From: Girardia tigrina
Taxonomy: Eukaryota
Direction of reading: 5' to 3'
Length of the DNA stretch: 64,000 nucleotides
Assembly (NCBI GenBank): GCA_001938485.1
Contig: MQRK01243661.1
Coordinates: 1-64,000, forward strand
Shown: one piece after another, positions 50,501 to 59,162 of the stretch
Layout: each line of letters starts with the position of its first letter
Position numbering within the stretch: position 1 is the stretch's first letter
The notes under the pieces: generated by a model
What the model was told of the DNA's origin: nothing
The model's database searches: none
The model's input: only the letters and a program-made list of their open reading frames with translations
Translations under genes and position numbers: made by a program

Positions 50501-53500
50501 ATAAAGACATCGTACTCAGGAATCGAAAATAACCTTCATAACCTAAACCGGAATGTACATAAACTAAGAAATAAATTACTAAGATAAATAATTGGTGTTA
50601 AATTAATTATTTTACACTGTGTTTCATATATTTATGAAATCACATATCTGAAACAAATTCAAGATCGAAAACCTTTAGTTTAAATTATTTGGAATATTCA
50701 ATGAAAGAATCACATAAGTTCATTTATTTTCATAATGTTTTCTTCTAATTGATAAATTGCATCTCGCAATTTGTACCAGATCAATGGGAAAACATTTTCG
50801 ACGGAAGAAAAAATGGACTTTATCAGATTCCTCTTGATGTTTCAGTTGCCATTTACACATCTTTTCTAACAGAAGATTAATTGGATCGTGTTTAAATTCC
50901 GTGTTGTCAGAAAACATTGTGGAAATAGTCCCGATCTTTTCAAGCTCGTCTATCATCACTTTAATTGGTGTTACTAAGCGAATATCAATGTTTAATTTTC
51001 GATCAGCATATCTCCTTCAAATCATTTCGCTCTCAACGATTTCCAAATCGCAACTATTGCTGTTTTCACTCGACTATCTATCGGCAATAAAATCAACTTC
51101 TGTTCAAACATAGACTCAAGTTTGGCCACCAGCTGGCTCATTTGTAAGTAACAGTCGAAATATCGATAAAAATTGAACAGCATCAATCGAAAATTGCAAA
51201 TATACTCTGATGTTTTGATGTTCAAATTCATCCATCGTTGTCTTCATCTAATCCAAACAGATTGGTTCTCTGATCACTCGTAAATAGTTTCTCAAATTGA
51301 CTCCGTCTCGATACTGATCGATCGCGTCTATAAACCGACTCTGGATCTCAGGATAACTATTCCAGGCAAAATGTTTTGTGAAAAAACAATTCCTTTTAGA
51401 ACCATTCTTAACATTCTTGAATTGTCGTCATCATAAAAATTCACTTCAGAATTGGAAGTCAATAACAAACTTCCTTTTGTTGACGTACTTGTCGTTAGGT
51501 TGAATGTGAAATATCGAATTGAATATACACAGAAAGACAACAGATACATGTCTCTACATAAAATCACAGAGCTTTTATGAGGAAAAATATAGAGAAGATA
51601 TGATAAAGGGTTAGAGTTTTGCAGTTTGTCTTCCAATTTTGAAATCTGAAATCATGGTTCAAATATTCCTAGGGGACGTTTTGAGGGATAAAATGTACAC
51701 AAACAAAAAGATAGAACACAAAATTAAGGTTACATTGGACAAATTATGCACAAAAACACCGGTTAGAAAAAGATTAAATAAACGAAACATTGAAAAGTGC
51801 AAAAAAATAATCAAAATCTCATATTCTGAAAGATTAAAAGCATTTAAGAAAAGTATTTGCAAGAATATATGTAGTTTCAAAGTAGTTACAATTACATCCA
51901 AATTTCAAAGCTTCCTCTCGAATAAATTGAAAACGATTTTTGGATTGCAAGCTAATCTGGTTTATAAATTTGATCGTACATAGGAGAGAAAAATCGTCAT
52001 CAGTGAGCATCCACAATCAAATCGATCGAGTTAATTTCTCTTTTACACTGAAAAAATAGAATCTCTTCTGTTTTAAAGGATGAACTTTCAGTTTTACAGA
52101 TGGCCTTTGATTCGCATTATAAGAGGCAGTTCTGTGAATCATTATTAATAAGACACTACAAATATTCAAAATGGATAAAGTAAAGCCGTTTCAAATCTTA
52201 AAATCTTTAATTAAAATTTTGAAAACATTTTGCCATTATTATCCAAAAAATATCTTAAATTAAATAAATATTTTATTACATTATTCCTTTTTAAAAATTT
52301 AAGTTTAATTGTTTTAAATTTATAAAAAAGTAATATGTATATAAAAAAAGAAGAAAAGCAACTAAGAAATATAATTAGCAAATATAATTGCTGATGATGG
52401 AAGAAGAATTTCCGAAACATGTACGATTTCTTTAAAAAGCTTTAAAAAATTATTTTTCAAAGATATATATATATATATACATATATTAATAAAAATTTTT
52501 AACTTAGTAATTTATCTGTTTTAAAGATTTTATTTACTCTCCAAAAACTTTATTTGGATCTTAATGAAAACAACCTTAAGAACTCTGTAGTTTCAAACTT
52601 TTCTTCTCATGTAATTGCCATAAAAATATTTTTTTCTAAATGTCTAATTTCTTTAGTTGTACTATATTTATATAATATCAATAATATTGCCAGTATTAAG
52701 ACTTTGCAAGCCAATGGCACATTTATGAGCCAAACTTGGATAATTCTTTGATTTCAAATTTGAGTTATAATAATTTAGTATTTAATCAGTTGTTCTTCAT
52801 TCACAATCTTTCAGCATCAGCGGAGCACAAAGTTTTGAGTATTTTGAAAGTAAGAAGTTAAGCAATCGCAAACAATATTGGTACTATACAAAATGATACT
52901 AAGATTTTAATTTTAGAATAATCACACTTCTCAATTTACTTGTATTTGTTCGAGTTTTTAAGTCTATAAAGTTTAATCAAATCTCAGACATTTTATTAAA
53001 TTGTACGATTTAACTTGATAAATTTCATTCAAAATTCACATGCTAAAATACATTATTAATTGACATCTTATATGTTCTGTTTGAACCTGTTTATCTCAAG
53101 TTTTAATTTTATAATTATTTAATTTATTAATAAATTAATGTTTATTTCATTTCAGCTCAATGATTCACCCTCAAATGATATTGCAACCATTTCAGACGAT
53201 GTCTCTTTTCTCTCTAATAATTGTGAAAATGGACATTCTATATCTCAAGAATTCGATGAACATAACGTTATAGATTTAGTAGACACTAACATCATTTGTA
53301 ATGAAATACTTTCAAAAATTGATGATGGGATCAATCATCCCACCATGATTATGCACAATAAGTCTGTAACATCAGAAAGTTCTCGAGAGATCAGCTTTGA
53401 TGCCTTCTCTCCTACTGTTGAGATTGTTGATCACGTAACAATTAGTAATAATCCTGGACATAGTTCTCCTACATCGACATCTTCTGGTTTTGGAAGCTGT

Positions 53501-56500
53501 GTTCTCGATACTAAAGAAAGTGATTATGATATGCTTTCAATTAGTAGTTGGGAATTAAATCTTATTACAAGTGGTGATGAAGATGCAATCGAAGAAGAAG
53601 ATAATCGTGACAAACAACAGCAAAGTAGCGAATTTAATAATGGAACAAAAACTATAGAAAATTCTCCTAATGTTGAATGTTCTAGTGCAAGGACACCTTT
53701 TAAAATTTTAGAAAAACCTTCGTTCTTTCAAAAAGTACAACTTAAACGTCGAAACGCAGTAAGAGAAGAGTTCAAAACGTCAGACAAAAAACCAAATTGG
53801 GCACTCTATCGGCCTGAACCTGTTCGATCTTTACATAATGCTTTATCAGTAGATTCAGACTTAATTGAGGACAATGATGCTGATAAAGGAGTTACGATTG
53901 ATTTCTTTTACGAATCTGAATTACATTCCTTTTATGCTACTCTTGCTGAATTCCGAAATGAAACAATATATGGAGAAATGCCACAATTTACATCTTATAG
54001 GTATTTATTTTATGATTTTATAATTGTTACTAACATGTGAAATGTTCTTTCTTTCTATTAAAAAGTTAAAAAATGGTTATATTTATTTAATCTTTTTGTG
54101 CTGACTTCTTAGAAAGGTAGAGCATTTAAAGAAACCAAATTCTTTTGGAAATTTTAGACGCGAAGGAATTAATTTATTTTCAAAACTATTAAACTTTAGT
54201 CATTTATATGCGTAAAGCGTATATAGTCGCTCTGATTTAATGTTTAATAATGTTTTTCGCATTCAAAGGATTTAAGACTTTGCTTATTTAAATTATAATG
54301 ATAAATTAATAATAGAAATAGTCCATCCTTTAAATTTAATAAAAAATACCAATTTCCATCTGGGTGGAAGAATCACCATTCTAAATTCAACATACTTAAA
54401 TCAACATACAGCATCCATACATTTACACATTCAAACAATTTAAAATATTCCTCACATCCCCCTCGGTTTAAATGGCTTTAGCCATTCTATATTTCTGATC
54501 AAGATTCTGCCGTCCTCTAGTTGTATCTCATAACTTCTTTCGTGTCTTTGCTTTATAATTTTAGCTGGTCCCATATAGCGGTCATCATCTTTTGATGGGT
54601 TAACTTTCTTTATCAAGACTTTATTTCCGACCTGAAATATTATTTTTTTTCAAATATATTTTTATTTACTTTTTCTCCACTTTTTCCTTCTGTTGTAGTT
54701 TTCCACCAATGTCTTAGTTTTCTTCCGAAGATGATCTCGACTGGAGATATTCCAGTTGTTGCTTGAATTGTACCGTTTTACATGAATTCTATTTCTGCCA
54801 ACATTTCTACCCAATCTCTATACATTTATGGCGTCTTTTATTGATCTGGATTGTCTTTCAATGATTCCGTTAGTGTTGTGGTGATAAGGGCTTGAATAGA
54901 CTATCTCCTTTTTAAATCTTTTCGTCGTTTCTTTAAAGAGTGCTGATTCGAAAATTTTTCCTCTATCAACCTGTATCCCCTTTGGCTGTCCGAATTTCCA
55001 AATCCATTTATCCAATAGTACCTTCCGTGTAGTCTTCTCGTCTTGGTGTGCCACTGCGGTCAAGCTGATGTACCTACTAAATTGATCGATTATTGCTAAA
55101 ATGTATTGGTATCCAGTCATAGTCCTTCTGAATGGTCCGCAAAAGTTCATGTAAATTTTTTGAAATGGTTCGTCGGTAGATTTTTTAATTTGTGTCTCTT
55201 TCGTTTTTGTCGTCAGTGTCTTCCTTTTCTGGCAGTTTGCGCAACTTTGTACGATGTTCTTTATATGTTGTCTCATTTCATACATATCTTAGTCATCTTT
55301 TATGTAATTGGAAACTTTCTTACTTCCTGCTTGGCATAACATTTTATGTATATCTTCTATAAACTCTGTTCTCTTCTTCAGAGGGATCCAATATTTTTTT
55401 ATCTCTTGTCGTCACGATATTGTTTTTTAGAAGCCATTCTTTTGTCTTGCCCATTCTAATATTTTCTTTAATCTGTTCTATTTCTTTATCATTCGTCTGC
55501 CAAATGAACTCTTCTGAATCTTCAGTTAATGTAAAGATTTTAATTGTGAAATTAAAAATATGAACTTATCAAATGATTATTTTAATTATGTTCGAATAGT
55601 CAATCCTTTAAATTTAATAAAAAATACCAATGTCCATCACCATTCTAAATTCAACATACAGCATCAATACATTTACACATTCAAACAATTTAAAATATTC
55701 CTCACAGAAATTATAAATTTTGAAAAGAAACTTTGATAGAATCCAAATTCATATAAACATAAAAGTTAATTATTTATACAAACTGTTTAATTAGTGTAGT
55801 ATTATTTCCAAGCTTCACAACATTACAGAAATTGGTAATACCGTGTATTTTAGAGTATAAGAGAACTCTTTATCCCATCTTACATAACAGTAGTATCATG
55901 TAAAGATTACAGGATCAAATGTTCAATTTTTTCACTGTTAGATAAGAGGATTCCCATTTTGGCACAATGTTATCGGGACAAATGCGCCTTTTACACCGAA
56001 ATATATGGTATATCCCTTTACAATGATTTAAAACGTAACAAGACAAATAAGACGAATAGTTCAATATTATTTTTGATGGACAAATATTTTTGGTTACATT
56101 CTTTAATTGATAAACAATATTTAATTGATGCAATATTAAAAGAATTTATAGATTATTCTTTCATGCACAAACATATTATTTTTCAAACTTTGGTCATTAT
56201 CATTTTAAATAACGTACGATAACAAAATTTAAAATAGTAAATATGATATAAATTATGAGAGTCTTGGATCTATGAGAAAAGACATCAATTAAAATGATCA
56301 TTTTAATACCGGTCAATATAAGGATCAGCTCAAAGTTCTGCTAAGAATTCGTCTTTTTGAAAGTTTGCCTAGGAAATTGAATTTTTCGTTAAAATTGCAT
56401 TATCGTATTATTCCGAAATGTTGGGCCTCCCATCTCTTTCAAGAATGGTATTGAGCCTATAGGCTCTTTAGATGGTCCACCCAAACCAAATAAGTCTGTA

Positions 56501-57855
56501 AGCCCCCGACAGGCCTCCTACAAGGACGTCAGCCTTTTGCTTCTGCGCACGCTTTGGCAATCCAGTCAGAAACGACCAGTCGTGGATAGTAGTTCCATGA
56601 TTCTGCATCCCTTTGGCTGTGTACGTGGACTTTACACATACGCGAAACAGGCATCTGAAGTTTCCTCTCGCAGTTAGATCTGTAAAGTGGTAGTCCAGAT
56701 GGGTTTCTAAAGGACTCGCTTCTGACTTTCCTATCGAAGTAGCATTCGAATCGGCGATTAGTATTTGAGTTGTGTAGTCTTCTTGGTATCACATTCAGGG
56801 GTTGATTCCCATCTTGCCTGGACTGATTGGTTCTGCTCGAAAAAGATTTGGACTAATTGTTCTTCTTCAATTTTGTGCGCTGTTTTGAGATATCTGATTA
56901 GCCGTCCTTTGGTCTTGTAGTTCTTTCGGCATAAATGGCAATTGAATCCCTCTGGCTCTTCTTCTTGAGGGACTCTTGGTCTATGATCTTGTTTCTCGTG
57001 TTGATTCAATTCTGTCTGTTCCCCCAATTCCCTGAAATATTTGTATGAACATTGAAACAGTTTCATCCGCGGTCTGATCAGTTTTGCATGTCTTCTGATC
57101 TCCGCCCAATTATTCGCCTCTCGTATATTATTGAGTCGATCCTATCTTTCATCTTGAGTTGAGCGTTTTCCTGCTGAATTAATTTTAAAAAATCATCAAA
57201 AGACAGTAATTTCAGTATTGTATTTCATGTGATTTTGTGTATTTACTTATAATAATTCATATTTTAAAATTAAGCAATCCTTTAAATGTTCCCAAAAATC
57301 GGTATTCTGACATACCTTGTATTGAGAGCAGTCGTGTAAAATTAGTGCGAGATATAAATTGTAACGGGATTCTAAGTGAAGGAGAATATCCGTCTCTGAG
57401 ACCTACGGATTATATCCACGCCAACTGGGTTGACGGTTACCGACAAATCAATGCTTATATTTGTACTCAAGGTATTCTTTTTGAGGTTTTTTCACAGACT
57501 TATATAAATCATTTTAGGACCCTTAAGTACAACAGTATCAGATTTTTGGCATATGATAATTCAGTATCGAGTACCAATAATTGTCATGACAACCAGGTTT
57601 TAATTTGAATACATTTTCCATTTTAATAATTCTTTCAGACCAAAAGAACAAAATCGTGAAAAATGCTATCAGTACTGGCCTGAAGTAACCAGAGAAACAA
57701 AAATAATTCAAGGAATAAATAGTTTATACGACAATTTTCAAGTTACATCTCTCAGATCGAAAGAATTCGGTCCGAACTGTCCAGCCGAAGGCGTCTGTGA
57801 TAACGTCAGTGCTCATTGGTATCGAGTAACGTTACTCCACATCAAAAATTTGCGG
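13156..57855 (+). CDS. PTPN9: PTPN9/PTP-MEG2-like Sec14(CRAL-TRIO)-domain protein tyrosine phosphatase, multi-exon, 3' incomplete
   Basis: Phase-consistent GT-AG exons 13156-13221, 13271-13402, 13466-13555, 15046-15173, 15219-15324, 39625-39924, 53156-54000, 57275-57471, 57518-57596, 57639-57855. Motifs AVKFLRAKKF, GASICIFTARLHHP, TQKNGLIFIYNM, GAYPARL, KNRYSDI, DYIHAN, YICTQGP, DFWHMI, KCYQYWP. WPD and HCSAG exons not found in window. Confidence 0.92.
13271..13402 (+). CDS. PTPN9: PTPN9-like exon 2 (CRAL-TRIO N)
   Basis: DIKSFLKAV...AVKFLRAKKFNIDAALDLYQRHE. Confidence 0.88.
13466..13555 (+). CDS. PTPN9: PTPN9-like exon 3
   Basis: TIRTKENLFEINPFDKDILNELMSQKFTFL. Confidence 0.85.
13667..14500 (+). 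mobile_element. Tc1/IS630-like DD34E transposon, internally deleted
   Basis: ~47-bp TIRs AGGGTTTC.ACTTTTAAATGTGATTTTTTTCATTTTGAAGTGTGAA, TA flanks; FVDEVGF, IIDNVAFH, LPPYSPFLNPIE (D-34-E); N-terminal HTH missing. Confidence 0.88.
15046..15173 (+). CDS. PTPN9: PTPN9-like exon 4 (Sec14)
   Basis: SGASICIFTARLHHPSKASHQHVLKALIFQLD. Confidence 0.9.
15219..15324 (+). CDS. PTPN9: PTPN9-like exon 5 (Sec14)
   Basis: TQKNGLIFIYNMTGSLYSNFDMTLSVKILNLLK. Confidence 0.9.
15741..15963. mobile_element. piggyBac-type MITE
   Basis: TTAA|CCCTTCGTAA ... TTACGAAGGA|TTAA. Confidence 0.65.
16003..16703. mobile_element. Non-autonomous Tc/pogo-type element
   Basis: TA|CCGTATTTTT..CTGA ... TCAGAAAAATACGG|TA inverted ends. 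Confidence 0.5.
18283..18428. repeat. (TA)n microsatellite with N gap
   Basis: Direct observation. Confidence 0.95.
18580..19266. repeat. Degenerate long inverted repeat (foldback/MITE)
   Basis: GAGGAAGATTTTAAATG..TATTATGTTATTTTTCA..TTTAAATTGAGATTTTTT near 18580-18672 is mirrored at ~19160-19266. Confidence 0.6.
19900..20560 (-). mobile_element. Chapaev3 (CMC) transposon remnant
   Basis: Terminus TTA|CACTGTGTAACAA; minus-strand NMSLKIDCHLHLNFSSENLSSLTDEHGERFHKNI matches the MSLKIHFLHSHLDFFPENLGAVSDEHGERFHQDI motif; right boundary approximate. Confidence 0.7.
21272..22437 (-). mobile_element. mariner transposon, frameshifted
   Basis: TIRs TTAGGTTGA(T/C)GCATAAGTTTTTA, TA flanks; WSPHQL, RIVTGD/KWVYYEN, LLCIWWD, LPDNA. 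Confidence 0.92.
22900..23884 (+). mobile_element. Possible hAT (Charlie-like) remnant
   Basis: Degenerate FPY.YL.ER.FS-like stretch ~23500-23540 and end AAAAAGTTTAAGAATCTTTG; boundaries approximate. Confidence 0.3.
24806..25500. mobile_element. hAT-type MITE with 8-bp TSD, containing a nested ~290-bp inverted-repeat element (~25075-25360)
   Basis: TAGAGGTTC...GAACCCCTA ends, subterminal ATCCCG/CGGGAT repeats, flanks GATAAAAG / GTTAAAAG. Confidence 0.72.
29150..29960 (+). pseudogene. C2H2 zinc-finger-bearing repeat remnant (probable retroelement 3' end)
   Basis: CPMENCHKTYKANGWLQRHLLIDH and CPFPRCTKCFYTAISLQNHGTKEHDWSFL in shifted frames; homologous to 56520-57180. Confidence 0.55.
31200..31540 (+). 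mobile_element. Gypsy RT/RNase H remnant
   Basis: PIIGILEFEKEFILD-NIKAVLCQRDKNGRERFIAY followed by YCLTRKEMAI. Confidence 0.6.
31683..31725 (+). ncRNA. Degenerate minimal type I hammerhead ribozyme in Penelope terminal repeat
   Basis: CTGATGA-T-GGAAT-ACAAA-ATTCC-GAAACATGTT; helix I poorly paired. Confidence 0.5.
33564..34760 (-). mobile_element. pogo/Tigger-like remnant
   Basis: TA|CACTAATCACTCGATTTATGCGGTTGATACGTTCC terminus; acidic C-terminal ORF 33987-34355; VVYIPADTTS resembles DDE_1 FLPPNTTS. Confidence 0.6.
34767..34986. mobile_element. piggyBac-type MITE
   Basis: TTAA|CCCCTTTACC(G)TG ... CATGGTAAAGGGG|TTAA. Confidence 0.85.
35690..36790 (+). mobile_element. Penelope-like element remnant
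   Basis: Nucleotide similarity to 51330-52445 (AAAGCATTTAAGAA.AGTAT.TGCAA.AATATATG; TGAATCA..ATTAATA.GA); heavily decayed. Confidence 0.6.
38503..38580. repeat. (TA)n/(TATC)n microsatellite
   Basis: Direct observation. Confidence 0.9.
39625..39924 (+). CDS. PTPN9: PTPN9-like exon 6 (Sec14 C-term)
   Basis: GAYPARLCKVIIFTPPLWFRAAF...LPISLGG. Confidence 0.9.
43007..44297 (-). mobile_element. mariner transposon, degenerate
   Basis: TIRs TTAGGGTGAAC, TA flanks; MENFEIRVLLRHYWKQG..TAQNWFKKF; HPAYSPDLAPSDYHFFRSM at ~43250-43305. Confidence 0.92.
45694..46111. mobile_element. Internally deleted mariner (MITE-like)
   Basis: TIRs TTGAGGAATAAGTTCCC(A/G)CCGTTTTTTGAA, TA flanks. Confidence 0.85.
47013..47725 (-). 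mobile_element. Old mariner remnant
   Basis: Minus-strand HPIYSPDLVP at ~47158-47187; boundaries approximate. Confidence 0.55.
47793..49134 (-). mobile_element. Full-length mariner transposon
   Basis: TIRs CAGGGTTGT.A.CTAAGTTTTTTCCGA, TA flanks, 1342 bp. Confidence 0.95.
47853..48905 (-). CDS. mariner transposase (350 aa), third catalytic Asp replaced by Gly
   Basis: WVPHVLT, VTVDEMW, LQDNACPH, YSPDLAPSGY (canonical YSPDLAPSDY). Confidence 0.92.
   Translation of the reverse strand: MNFNREDVRKFILYCWKRKLSVIDIAEEINNTLGEGTTTSLTCSNLVKKFENGNFEVNEKVRSGRPSYEVAADIERILEENKFATTRFIGQEIGISHKAVHQNLMKMNKRYLANVWVPHVLTEAAKEKRMSVCKKLLALYRSNNFLQLIVTVDEMWVFWENTFSYAHKSWCGSGDEPTTESKVRLTTRKHLASVFWDSKGVILMDVLENGKTMTETYNCSLLEKLKTAILVKRRRKTTDGILYHLQDNACPHMVHLIQAMIAEMHLNILPHPPYSPDLAPSGYYLFSPMKRALKGQNCASSEEVQEKLQESLNTKAESFFENGINKLPGRWQRCFDNNGCHFEYLADDDE
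51330..52445 (+). mobile_element. Penelope-like element, 5'-truncated and decayed
   Basis: FTSELEVNNKLPFVDVLVVR (PLE RT thumb), ANLVYKF (start of GIY-YIG), ESLLI near end, terminal repeat with hammerhead. Confidence 0.75.
52386..52428 (+). ncRNA. Minimal type I hammerhead ribozyme
   Basis: AATTG-CTGATGA-T-GGAA(GAAGAAT)TTCC-GAAAC-AT-GTA-CGATT: helix I AAUUG/CGAUU, intact core, helix II, palindromic ACAUGU, GUA cleavage triplet. Confidence 0.72.
53156..54000 (+). CDS. PTPN9: PTPN9-like exon 7 (long acidic/Ser-rich linker)
   Basis: TTTCAG acceptor, 845-nt open frame, AG|GTATTT donor; phases 0 and 2 match flanking exons. Confidence 0.78.
54310..55706 (-). mobile_element. Gypsy-type LTR retrotransposon, internally deleted (integrase only between two LTR copies)
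   Basis: LTR copies ending ...AAAATATTCCTCACA at 54456 and 55706; polypurine tract GAGGGGA before TG on minus strand; CANCQKRK, AIIDQFSRY, VDRG, NTNGIIER; left boundary approximate. Confidence 0.85.
56520..57180 (-). pseudogene. C2H2 zinc-finger-bearing repeat remnant, homologue of 29150-29960
   Basis: FNCHLCRKNYKTKGRLIRYLKTAH; RGNFRCLFRVCVKSTYTAKGMQNHGTTIHDWSFLTGLPKRA. Confidence 0.55.
57275..57471 (+). CDS. PTPN9: PTPN9-like exon 8 (PTP domain)
   Basis: KNRYSDIPC..SRVKL...DYIHANWVDGY...AYICTQG. Confidence 0.92.
57518..57596 (+). CDS. PTPN9: PTPN9-like exon 9 (PTP domain)
   Basis: GPLSTTVSDFWHMIIQYRVPIIVMTT. Confidence 0.92.
57639..57855 (+). CDS. PTPN9: PTPN9-like exon 10 (PTP domain)
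   Basis: EQNREKCYQYWP...YRVTLLHIKNLR then GTAAC. Confidence 0.9.
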
Positions 57856-57979
57856 GTAACTTTTAATTTATTTCACAAGTATACATCAATATTATTTAGC
57901 AAATATAGAATAACTTGAAACACTTGTAGTTTAAAAAGTTCTTTTATTTTCATTTTACAAAAGAGACTGGTGTTATATA

Positions 57980-59162
57980 TAAGGACTGAGTGCGAAAAAT
58001 ATTACTAACTCTAAAATCCTCTATCTTCAAAACCATCTTTTTGATTGAAAAAGTACCGACTGTTTTGAAAAATGTGTTTAATTCAAAATAATCTTATTAA
58101 GCTAAGAAAGATTATTTTTTTTAATAAATTCTGTGAGCTTTTCCGGAATGCCTGCCATTAGACTTGCAATTGTAGTTTCTGTCACGTTTTTGGCTGCAAT
58201 TGTCTGTGCCCTCTTATTTATCGTCTTTAATTGCCTTTTTACCAGGGCCCAATATCTTTCGATTGGGCGAAGCTCTGGAAAATTTTGTGGGTTTGCCTCT
58301 CTTTGCACCGAATCGACGCTATTGTCTTCGTACCACTTCTTGGCTGCCTTTCCATAGTGACACGATGCCAAATTCGCCCAAAAGGAAGTAAGACCTCCGT
58401 GCTGGCTTATGAATGGTAGTAAAGACTTCTGTGTTTATTGTGCCAGCATATATATAGCCTGCCAAACAAGAAATGTTTTGGGAAACTTATATTTTTTCTT
58501 CCTTCTAAATTTTTCTTCAACTCCTCCTCTCTTAGTTGCACAGTAAAATTAGCTGGGAAAACTCCCAGAGCACATAAGTCTCATCGTTCATAATGCAACA
58601 TTTTTTCTTCACAAGAAAACCAACTTTCTGGCTCGCTGCTGCGCCTTTACGTTCTTGTTAACGCTCCGGTCTGGTACTGTTAGAACTTTATACGTTTTTA
58701 AACTTACAGACTAATTTTAATTTTCCGAACTGTTTTCTCGCTACAATTTGCCTATACCGCCAGTTTTCGATTTGATAGACGAGGATTTCTCTCTAACAGA
58801 CCCTTTACTTTCTTCACATTATGTGTACACGAAAAACCATTTCTTCTTCCCGAACAAATTTTTCAAAAAACGTTCAAGTTCTTATTGAAGTTTTTAATAA
58901 CGTTAGAAACTGTTTTCTGACAAACCTTGGCCTTTCTGGCAATTATTTTCTGACTTGATTGTGGATTTTTTTTCAAATAAACGAATAATTAATTCGTGAC
59001 TTTCTGTTTCTAACGACATATTCATGAAAAATGAATACTAAAATGAATTTTATTTTGATTTATTCAAGCAACAGCCTACTTGATTAGTTTTTTGTAATTT
59101 GTGAATTTATGTTGGAGTTATAGAGATTTAAAGTTAGTAATATTTTTCGCACCCAGTCCTTA
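57980..59162 (-). mobile_element. ITm DD37E transposon, degenerate
   Basis: TIRs TAAGGACTG(A/G)GTGCGAAAAATATTACTAACT in TA context; W.[D>N]LASCHY...NPQNFPELRPIERYWA with 37-residue spacing. Confidence 0.85.
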
